From a virus, in the IMG/VR virus record IMGVR_UViG_3300002098_000055, positions 1-47,566 of that record: a stretch of 47,566 nt of DNA. One strand, 5' to 3'. Shown here one piece after another: positions 1-7,556 of this stretch. The notes beneath the pieces were generated by a model. It was not told the DNA's origin, made no database searches, and saw nothing but the letters and a program-made list of their open reading frames with translations. The translations under genes and the position numbers were made by a program. The stretch's first letter is position 1, and each line of letters begins with the position of its first letter.

Positions 1-101
1 GTTTCCACACCAGAAGCATTGGCTGTTCTAAGGCTTGCAAAACCTGGGACAATGCCAGCAGATACCGTGCCATCAACACCGAAAAGTAACCGGCCAGCAA
101 C
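1..101. repeat. Left copy of 101-bp terminal overlap (identical to 47466..47566); circular-assembly junction
   Basis: Base-by-base comparison shows 1-101 equals 47466-47566. The overlap lies in the middle of an open reading frame. Confidence 0.95.
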
Positions 102-1607
102 ATGGAAAGCCGCGCCATCATCACCGTACGCTATGTGAGATGATAAAAAGTCGCCATTCTGTACCGCAACAAAAGTCCCTTGCGTTCCGCTTCTGCTTTT
201 AAATCCAGCAAACTGGCCCTGAGTTCCTTGCCCGTTATTATATGATATGGTTTGCACAACGCCTGAAAAGCCAACCTGGGAGACCCACAAGCCGCGTGAG
301 CCGGAAACCGGATTAATAGCTGTATTTATTAATGTTGCGCCCGAGCCGTTAGGAATAATATTAATATTCCCATTGGTATCAGTACTCGAAAGCGTATTTA
401 CGTTAAGGTTTAGGTTTCCAACTGTTGTGTTAGAAAGCGTAGGTGATGTAGCCAGAACCACGTTGCCCGACCCAGTGCTTGCGTTGCCTAAAACCGTCAT
501 AGTCCCGCTAGCATCGGGAAACGTATACGTAAACGTTGCTGATGTGTTGCCGAATTCAAAAATCGACCTACGCTGCGATGCTGTACCACTTAACAAAATC
601 AAGGGGCTTGTGTTTGTCGTTGTTAACGCAAATTGACCCGTTCCTTTTGCTATAAGCTGCATTGAAATGTTCGCATCCGACCCAAGAGTTTGCAAGACAG
701 CCGGAGCACCAGTCACACCATTAGATGCATTAAAGAAATTGACGGCACTTGCGCCACCATTAGCAAATTGCATGACTGCTGCGGAAGTAGCATCATTAAT
801 CTGCGCAATAACTGGGGTGGTCAACGTCATGTTAGTAGCGGCAACCCCACTAGGCAAGGTACTGCTAATAGACGGCACGCCGCTTGCAGAAGTAATTAAT
901 ACGCCATCATTGCCGGTAGTTAGCCCACTAATTGTGTTTCCACTGGTAGCGTAATACCCTAACTGATTGGCCGTACCGGTATTAACAATACCTGATGTAG
1001 CATCGCCAGACTGTACAAACGTAACAGGGTCGGTGCCCACAGTAGTTACCACCACGGATTCTGTAAATAATCGCCCAGCATTAGCGTTACCGTTTATAAT
1101 AAATGTGGTTGCACCATAAAACTCAGCAGCTACATTCATATCTGTAGCACGAGTAAGAATAGCTGCAACACCACCAGTTCCAAGTGTGCTAATTACATAT
1201 ATACCGTTCTGCTCTGTAGATGACTGGTCTTTTACTAACACCCTGTCATTCAATGCAAGCGTCACACCATCAGGCGCATAAACGCCTGTAGATGTGGCTG
1301 TAAGTGTTGCACCAACACCTGAGGCCCCGTTGTTATATGTAGCTACAAATTGCGCAACTGTAGCAGCGGTACACGGGTCTTTAAATACTCGTCCTTGAGC
1401 TACGCTATCCACATAGTTTTTAGTTGCAGCGTCTTGTGCAGATGATGGATCGGTAACGTTGTTTATTAAATGTGTATTCATATCTAGCGCGGCTTGCTGT
1501 ACGCCAAGTGTTGTTGGGTTGACTAATGATGCGCCCGTTTGACCAACAAATAAACCGCTACCGCTTGCGCCGGATAAATCGTTTCCCACACTGTTTGTCG
1601 TTGCCAT
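1..1607 (-). CDS. Tail fibre protein, N-terminal ~535 codons of a junction-spanning gene (continues 47465 down to 46601; ~823 aa total)
   Basis: ATG at 1607-1605 follows an AAGGA RBS. My manual codon scan of 1-840 found no in-frame stop on the minus strand, and my read-through translation of the rest was open. The frame (codon tops = 2 mod 3) matches the open frame entering at 47566. The N-terminus MATTNSVGNDLSGASGSGLFVG matches the neighbouring fibre paralogs. A fibre-type motif LDMNTHLINNVTDPSSAQDAATKNYVD is present. It is missing from the ORF track only because it runs off the window edge. Confidence 0.85.
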   Translation of the reverse strand, partial: MATTNSVGNDLSGASGSGLFVGQTGASLVNPTTLGVQQAALDMNTHLINNVTDPSSAQDAATKNYVDSVAQGRVFKDPCTAATVAQFVATYNNGASGVGATLTATSTGVYAPDGVTLALNDRVLVKDQSSTEQNGIYVISTLGTGGVAAILTRATDMNVAAEFYGATTFIINGNANAGRLFTESVVVTTVGTDPVTFVQSGDATSGIVNTGTANQLGYYATSGNTISGLTTGNDGVLITSASGVPSISSTLPSGVAATNMTLTTPVIAQINDATSAAVMQFANGGASAVNFFNASNGVTGAPAVLQTLGSDANISMQLIAKGTGQFALTTTNTSPLILLSGTASQRRSIFEFGNTSATFTYTFPDASGTMTVLGNASTGSGNVVLATSPTLSNTTVGNLNLNVNTLSSTDTNGNINIIPNGSGATLINTAINPVSGSRGLWVSQVGFSGVVQTISYNNGQGTQGQFAGFKSRSGTQGTFVAVQNGDFLSSHIAYGDDGAAFHVAGRLLFGVDGTVSAGIVPGFASLRTANASGVE

Positions 1608-1616
1608 GATTTATCC

Positions 1617-2654
1617 TTAAAGTTCAATTAAATAATATGTCACGCTCAATGTATACGTACAGGTTCCGCCGCCCGTAACGCCGGTTGTAATGCTATTTAT
1701 ATAAATTGGCTGGCCGGATGAATTCGTGACAGAAACATTACTAAATGTATTAATACGACCAAGGGTTAAAAAAGTTCCTCGGTTAACCGAGCTTGATGTT
1801 GTAATTAGAAAATTTAAATCAGCTATTTTTGTCACATTACTGCCGTAAGACAGATAACATGACCTATCCACGTTAAAACTGGCTGTACCAAACGTAAACA
1901 CTCCAAAAGCATACAAAGGCACAATGACAAATCCGGCGACACCGGGAATCATTAGTACTGGGGTTGTATTTAAATTTAACAAATCGGATGTTGTTAATGT
2001 TGTGGTGGTTGTATAAAGAAGGCCGCCAAGTGTCTGCCATGTCCCATCACCGCGCCAAAATTTATTAACGCTTGCGTTTGTGCCGCTATTAAAATGACTT
2101 ACCCCTAGGTTCCCTGTAACCCCTGTTGTTAAAGGCAAGCCATCACAATTTGTGAGCGTTCCCGAGCTGGGCACACCTAACGCCGGTGTAACAAATGTCG
2201 GGGATGTATTTTTTACTATATCGCCAGAGCCGGTTGTGGTATTGCCACGAACGGTCATGGTGCCTGTAACATCAGGAATTGTCAGTATTTGTGGGGTGCT
2301 GGTGCTATTGTCTACATTAATCGTTGTATTTTTTGATGAGCCAGTTCGTAAAATGTATTGATTAGTACTTGCGATTGTTCCGAGTGTTATTTCTCCCACG
2401 CCATACGCATCTATGCTGATTGGGGCATTGTTTGGTGTAAGATCTGTTGCTTGCATAATAACAGGCGTGCCACTCCCAGACCCGCCACTTATACTTAAAT
2501 AACTTACGCCCCCCGTAAATTGCACAGAAGGATTTCCGCCTGTATTAATTTGACTAATGTTTGGCGTAATAATGGTAGGAGACGTGCTTCCGCAAAAATT
2601 CCCGGACCCTTCTTGGCCAGATAATGTGTTGCCTACTTTATTAATGTTTGCCAT
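1617..2654 (-). CDS. Tail fibre / receptor-binding protein paralog (345 aa)
   Basis: N-terminus MANINKVGNTLSGQEGSGNFCG is shared with three neighbours. The central block TIPDVTGTMTVRGN...GLPLTTGVTGN is shared with 2658..3695. The C-terminal third is divergent. Confidence 0.8.
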   Translation of the reverse strand: MANINKVGNTLSGQEGSGNFCGSTSPTIITPNISQINTGGNPSVQFTGGVSYLSISGGSGSGTPVIMQATDLTPNNAPISIDAYGVGEITLGTIASTNQYILRTGSSKNTTINVDNSTSTPQILTIPDVTGTMTVRGNTTTGSGDIVKNTSPTFVTPALGVPSSGTLTNCDGLPLTTGVTGNLGVSHFNSGTNASVNKFWRGDGTWQTLGGLLYTTTTTLTTSDLLNLNTTPVLMIPGVAGFVIVPLYAFGVFTFGTASFNVDRSCYLSYGSNVTKIADLNFLITTSSSVNRGTFLTLGRINTFSNVSVTNSSGQPIYINSITTGVTGGGTCTYTLSVTYYLIEL

Positions 2655-2657
2655 TCG

Positions 2658-3695
2658 TTATGCTGCCACTAAGTAATACGTTAAATAAAACGTGAATGTG
2701 GACGTGCCGCCACCTGTAGGGTTTGTTGTGGATTGCAAGTAAACGCCAAAGTTTAACGATAAAGATGTAGCTAAATTTCCGGTGGTATTAACACGGGTGG
2801 TTTCATATACTCTTGTTTGACTTGTCGTTTGACCTACAGGTAATCCCAATGTTGATGAAGACAACAATTGACCGCCGCTACCATAGTACAATGACGCAGT
2901 TAAATCCGAGCTAAAACTGCTAGTTACACGCTTAAAATACCCGACACCAGACGTAGGTGAAATGATATACCCCGTAACCGCTGGAACTATTAAAATAGGA
3001 GTCGAGCTTAAATTCTGCACTTCTGATGTTGTTAATGTCACGGTGACTGAAAGCAAGTCTCCAGTTGACGGCGTACTCCATGATGCATCGCCGCGCCAAT
3101 ACGTGGTGGCTGATGCACTTGTTCCGCTATTTAAATTAGTAACAGGCAAGTTACCTGTAACCCCTGTTGTTAAAGGCAAGCCCGTGCAGTTTGTCAGCGT
3201 CCCGCTTGTTGGCGTACCAAGGGCCGGAGTAATTAAAGTCGGGGATGTTTTTAAAACAATATCACCTGTTCCAGTAACCGTGTTGCCTAATACAGTGGCT
3301 TCTCCGGTAACATCTGGTATGGTTAATGTCCTTGCAGTAGATGTGGCGTTATCTACGTTAATGGTTGTAGTTTTTGCGCCGCCAGTAGCTAGTATAAACT
3401 GATTGGTGGTCGCTTGCGTAGACAATCTTATTGCGCCTGCATCGCCTGCATTAATATAGATAGGAACGTCGTTGCCAACTGGGTCAAATCCCTGAATAAG
3501 ATAATACGCGCCACTACCCCCACCAGCTACAAATTTTAAATAAGAAGTGCCGCCAGTAAATTGGGCCGCAGGATTTCCGCTGGTGTTGATTTGAGCAATA
3601 TTTGGCGTTGTTATAGTGGGAGAGGTTGCGCCGACAAAGTTACCTGAGCCAGTAGATCCAACAAGACTATTTCCCACCATGTTTTTTGCGACCAT
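2658..3695 (-). CDS. Tail fibre / receptor-binding protein paralog (345 aa)
   Basis: Same length and architecture as 1617..2654, with N-terminus MVAKNMVGNSLVGSTGSGNFVG. The C-terminus is divergent. Confidence 0.8.
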   Translation of the reverse strand: MVAKNMVGNSLVGSTGSGNFVGATSPTITTPNIAQINTSGNPAAQFTGGTSYLKFVAGGGSGAYYLIQGFDPVGNDVPIYINAGDAGAIRLSTQATTNQFILATGGAKTTTINVDNATSTARTLTIPDVTGEATVLGNTVTGTGDIVLKTSPTLITPALGTPTSGTLTNCTGLPLTTGVTGNLPVTNLNSGTSASATTYWRGDASWSTPSTGDLLSVTVTLTTSEVQNLSSTPILIVPAVTGYIISPTSGVGYFKRVTSSFSSDLTASLYYGSGGQLLSSSTLGLPVGQTTSQTRVYETTRVNTTGNLATSLSLNFGVYLQSTTNPTGGGTSTFTFYLTYYLVAA

Positions 3696-3704
3696 TGTTC
3701 ATTC

Positions 3705-5348
3705 CTAAATAAATGTTAATGCCGTTGATGACGTATCAAGTAATGTCCATGAAGTATTTGCCACCGTTGCAAGCAATATAATATTATCTGAATAAGCAGT
3801 GCTTGCAACGCTTGTTGTATAGGATGCACCATACGCTGAAACATTTGTCCCGCCAGGGATGCTAATTGTCCATGAGTTTCCTGAAACGCCGCCCGCTACG
3901 CCTATTTGTGTTCCTGCTGCAAACGTAGTTGGAAGTGTTACAGTTACGGCTCCAACATGAGACAAAATGTAGCCATTTGCCACTGCGGCGGTAAATGATG
4001 TGCCGCTGTTAGTGTTCCATGTGATTGGCAAGCTAGATGTCAATGCAATGGTGCCTGTGGCATCCGGCAAACTCCATGTTCTATCCGCGCTTAAGTTTGA
4101 GTTACTTAATGTGCCAATGTTATTTGCCGCGCTATCAACGGCAACGATTTGTAATGCCCCTAAATTAGCTGTTGGCGAATAAGCCACATATGTTCCGGCT
4201 ATTCCTCCTATAGCGCCATCTCCTGAAAAGAAATAACCAGCAGGAGAATAAAAGTTACCAGCCGTCGCATAATAAGACCCTTGATCCATTATTAATGAAT
4301 AAGTTCCAAGTATCGTTTGGTTTCCGGCAGGATTTGTTAAAATCGCTTGGGTATCTACAAGCAAATTACCCGTAGCATCTGGAAGTGTCCAAGTTCGGTC
4401 TGCTGAGATACTTGCATTTGTAATGAGTCCATCAAACGCTAAAGACGAATCACTTGCCTGCATTGACAGGGTGCCTTTTGCAGCCGTTGGAGAATACGAT
4501 GTAAATGACGAACCCGCGCTTCCTGCACCGGAGCCAGCAATGAATCCCCCAGTTGTTGCCCTAAACTGACCTGTTGCAAGGCTTAAATCGTAAGCCGTAA
4601 TAGTTTGAGAGGCACTTGGGGACAAAAGAACAGCGGTGCTACCTATAGTACTGCTCAATAAGACCGTGCCAGTAGCATCAGGAAGCGTCCAGGTTCTATC
4701 ATTGGTAAGGCTCGCATTAGTTATATCACCCTCGAAATTACCAGCCATTGCCGTTGTATACATGACAAGGCTGCCCAAGTTTCCTGCTTGGGAATACGCA
4801 ATCACAAATGGCAACGCCGTTGTCCCCGTAGAAAGACCGGCCTGAATAACTGGGGCTATAAAACTACCCGATGTTGCGCTCATAATTAAATTGTGCGCTG
4901 TTATAGTTTGGTCAGCAGTGGGCGTTAACAACACCGCAGGAGCGGTTGTTGCAGATGATGTGGCCCAGGAAGCCGCAGTAGTACCTGTCAACGATATGCA
5001 CGTAAATGTGGCATCGAATCCAGCCAGCACGGTGTAGACATTATTAAGACCAGATGATTCAATCGGGATATCAAGATTTGATTGGTTAATCACCCTGTAT
5101 GATTGACCAATACTTAATGTCGATACCACGGGCAGCACAACACTATGCGATACGCCCGTTCCCGTAAATATTTGAACCTGGGTGCTGGCTACCGTTAATG
5201 TAGTTGCACCAGAGCCAGTTACTACTGTAGTGGCTGAACCTGGGATATAAGAATTAACTGTCGTATTTGCATTGGCGTCTCTTCCGACAAAAGACGCCGC
5301 CCCCGAAGTTCCGGTTAAACTATTACCAAGTGCATTTATGATGGTCAT
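3705..5348 (-). CDS. Tail fibre protein with three tandem ~95-aa repeats (547 aa)
   Basis: N-terminus is MTIINALGNSLTGTSGAASFVG. Three repeats each end in DRTW(T/S)LPDATG. Confidence 0.8.
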   Translation of the reverse strand: MTIINALGNSLTGTSGAASFVGRDANANTTVNSYIPGSATTVVTGSGATTLTVASTQVQIFTGTGVSHSVVLPVVSTLSIGQSYRVINQSNLDIPIESSGLNNVYTVLAGFDATFTCISLTGTTAASWATSSATTAPAVLLTPTADQTITAHNLIMSATSGSFIAPVIQAGLSTGTTALPFVIAYSQAGNLGSLVMYTTAMAGNFEGDITNASLTNDRTWTLPDATGTVLLSSTIGSTAVLLSPSASQTITAYDLSLATGQFRATTGGFIAGSGAGSAGSSFTSYSPTAAKGTLSMQASDSSLAFDGLITNASISADRTWTLPDATGNLLVDTQAILTNPAGNQTILGTYSLIMDQGSYYATAGNFYSPAGYFFSGDGAIGGIAGTYVAYSPTANLGALQIVAVDSAANNIGTLSNSNLSADRTWSLPDATGTIALTSSLPITWNTNSGTSFTAAVANGYILSHVGAVTVTLPTTFAAGTQIGVAGGVSGNSWTISIPGGTNVSAYGASYTTSVASTAYSDNIILLATVANTSWTLLDTSSTALTFI

Positions 5349-5357
5349 ATTAGTTTC

Positions 5358-6914
5358 CTATGCTGTAGTTAGAGTGACGTTAACGGTACTTGATACAACC
5401 CAGCTTGTATTTGCTACATCGCACTCGAGGTAAACTGTCGAACCCGCGCTTGCAGAGCTTGTTAGTGTACCGCCCGCAGATGTTGTGCTGTTTAAATAAC
5501 GAATCGTATCGCCAGTTGACGCTAGAATAACCCATCCACCAGTGTTAGCTGTTGAACCAATCACTGCAATTACATCGCTAACGGCATAAGTTGCTGGCAA
5601 TGAGACAAGGGTTTGACCCGCTGCAAGAGCATAATATTTTGTGTTAACTGCGGCGGTTTGTGTCGTACCCGCAATTGAAGCAATAGCAAGGCCGCCTGAG
5701 GGAGGAGTGCTTGATACCCAGTTAGTACCATTTGATGTTAAAACGTTTCCGCTAGTTCCCGCTGTTGAGGGGTATGTTGCTGTCGTATAAGCCGGAGGAC
5801 TGCTGGCACCCGCCGATTGAAATAATTGTCCAGCACTACCCGGCCCAACACCTGATAAGGTGGTTCCAGATGCCGCGTAATAAGCTAACTGGTTAGCTGT
5901 GCCGCTGTTAATTATGCCTGAAGCGGTTGAAGTTAATGCAATCGTGCCAGTCGCATCGGGTAACGTCCACGTTCTAGCTGCCGCCGTAGATGCGTTGGTC
6001 AATACGTTAGCAAAATTTCCAGCATTGTTCCCAGCCGTAACTGCAAGGCTTCCTAAATTTGCCGTGGTAGAAAACGCTTTGAAGCTACCTGAAAATCCAC
6101 CTGCTGCAGAGCCTGAGTTATAGCTTCCGACGGTTGCAAACATTGAGCCTGTTTGTAAAGTTAGGCTGCCAGTTGTTATGGTTTGGTTACCGCTTGGGGT
6201 TAAAAGTAAAGACATTGGGTTTTGTAATACCCAACTACTAAGATTAGTAGACCACAAGAACCAATAGCTACCATTGGCGAGTATCGTATTAGCGGGAAGC
6301 GCACTACCGTTTTGAAGAACGATGGGGTCCGTGGTGCCATTTACTGTTAACGTTGAAGCTCCGGTGTTTGTATGCCCACCGCCCGCTCGCATATAAACCG
6401 GAAAACCTTCCCCGTACGAACTTTGCGGAGCCGGTACTAGCGTGATAGAAAACGCATTAGACGTACCTACATCAATTGCTGAGTTATAGAAGTTTTCTTG
6501 CACTAAAAACGTATTAGCGTTGGAAACTGACGGGTTTATTAATTGAAACGTATTCCCGGTTAGATCGTATATTAATAGATACGCAGTGTTGGGGGATATG
6601 TCGTTAGGCGCAAGGGATAACCCGCCCCACAGTGTTATCAGTACGGGGCTAAGGGCATTAACTTGTAGTGTCGGGCTAGATGTTAAGTTTTGTAACGTTC
6701 CTGAACTCATAGACACAATTAAATTATTAGAAAGGCTTGCGACCGCCGGGTTTAGAACGACAACAAACGCGTCATCTACCCCTGTAGCGGGCGCGTAGTT
6801 GAACGCTGAGCGCTGTACTTGTAGCTCGGTAACTGTCCCTCCACCGCCGCCTGTTGCCGGAGGATAGACACCCCATGTAATCGCTTCGACCAACCAACTA
6901 TTAGAGCCGCTCAT
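5358..6914 (-). CDS. Tail fibre protein (518 aa from the ATGA-coupled start; ORF track start 6926)
   Basis: It has one copy of the ...ARTWTLPDATGTIALTS repeat unit. The composition is Gly/Ser/Thr/Asn-rich, as in fibres. ATG at 6914 overlaps the TGA of the upstream ORF. Confidence 0.75.
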   Translation of the reverse strand: MSGSNSWLVEAITWGVYPPATGGGGGTVTELQVQRSAFNYAPATGVDDAFVVVLNPAVASLSNNLIVSMSSGTLQNLTSSPTLQVNALSPVLITLWGGLSLAPNDISPNTAYLLIYDLTGNTFQLINPSVSNANTFLVQENFYNSAIDVGTSNAFSITLVPAPQSSYGEGFPVYMRAGGGHTNTGASTLTVNGTTDPIVLQNGSALPANTILANGSYWFLWSTNLSSWVLQNPMSLLLTPSGNQTITTGSLTLQTGSMFATVGSYNSGSAAGGFSGSFKAFSTTANLGSLAVTAGNNAGNFANVLTNASTAAARTWTLPDATGTIALTSTASGIINSGTANQLAYYAASGTTLSGVGPGSAGQLFQSAGASSPPAYTTATYPSTAGTSGNVLTSNGTNWVSSTPPSGGLAIASIAGTTQTAAVNTKYYALAAGQTLVSLPATYAVSDVIAVIGSTANTGGWVILASTGDTIRYLNSTTSAGGTLTSSASAGSTVYLECDVANTSWVVSSTVNVTLTTA

Positions 6915-7096
6915 TGTGCCACCCACACAGACGAGGCTGTAATATTTGTACCGTTATTAGTAAATGTCTTAACGTATGTTACGCCTTGATAGACACAGGT
7001 TATTGTTGCGACTAGCGTACCGTCATATGTGAATGTTAAGGCGAGGTCGTCAATCGGTAATTGCCCTCGGGTGCTGGTGGCTACAGTTCCGCTCAT
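6911..7096 (-). CDS. Hypothetical small protein (61 aa) at the head of the fibre array
   Basis: The ORF is coupled by ATGA overlaps to both neighbours. I recognise no motif. Confidence 0.5.
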   Translation of the reverse strand: MSGTVATSTRGQLPIDDLALTFTYDGTLVATITCVYQGVTYVKTFTNNGTNITASSVWVAQ

Positions 7097-7500
7097 TTTT
7101 TGCTCCCTTTCATAATTTGTTGGTATATCTTAGCCGCTTCAATGGGGTCGCTTACATTAATACTGATAGCGGGTTCGGTGACGTTGCAGTCAAGCTCAGG
7201 ATTGTATTTTTCAGACCATCCCGCACGGGTTTTTAAGTAAAACATAATTGCTTGGATATTGCCCGACATTGCTAGCTCATAGAGCTTTTTTGATACCCTA
7301 GCTATTGATTGGGCTTGGCCTTGGTGGAACGCTTTTCTTAGTTCAGGTTCGCGTTTTTCGGCTTTTAACCAGACCTCTTGGCTATGGCCGAAATAGTTCT
7401 GGATTAAGTATTTAGTCAGCCCAAGGCCCGCCAGCATTTTGACTTCTTTGATTTGGTCGTCGTCGACTATAAACGTGGGGGTGTTGCCATTCCTAGCCAT
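7093..7500 (-). CDS. HTH DNA-binding protein, terminase small subunit-like
   Basis: The C-terminal motif GNIQAIMFYLKTRAGWSEK resembles the ...IFWLKNR..W.DK signature common in small terminases. The N-terminus is HTH-like. Assignment is by eye only. Confidence 0.45.
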   Translation of the reverse strand: MARNGNTPTFIVDDDQIKEVKMLAGLGLTKYLIQNYFGHSQEVWLKAEKREPELRKAFHQGQAQSIARVSKKLYELAMSGNIQAIMFYLKTRAGWSEKYNPELDCNVTEPAISINVSDPIEAAKIYQQIMKGSKK

Positions 7501-7527
7501 AGTTTATCCTAGATTTTTTGTAAATTA

Positions 7528-7556
7528 AGTATATCCCTGCGTGTGTAGTCACACAA
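7528..7556 (-). promoter_or_regulatory. Candidate sigma70-type promoter for the TerS-like/fibre operon
   Basis: Minus strand reads TTGTGT-17 nt-TATACT, followed by an AGGA RBS and the ATG at 7500. Confidence 0.35.

Noticed and set aside
1-101. Physical direct terminal repeats of the virion DNA
   Set aside because: The repeat lies in the middle of a continuous tail-fibre reading frame and is exactly read/k-mer sized. That fits an assembler overlap of a circular or permuted genome better.
247-954. Plus-strand ORFs 247-636, 667-954 and 690-899
   Set aside because: They are antisense shadow ORFs inside the junction-spanning fibre gene. They lack an RBS and have a low-complexity composition mirroring the Gly/Thr/Ser/Asn-rich sense strand.
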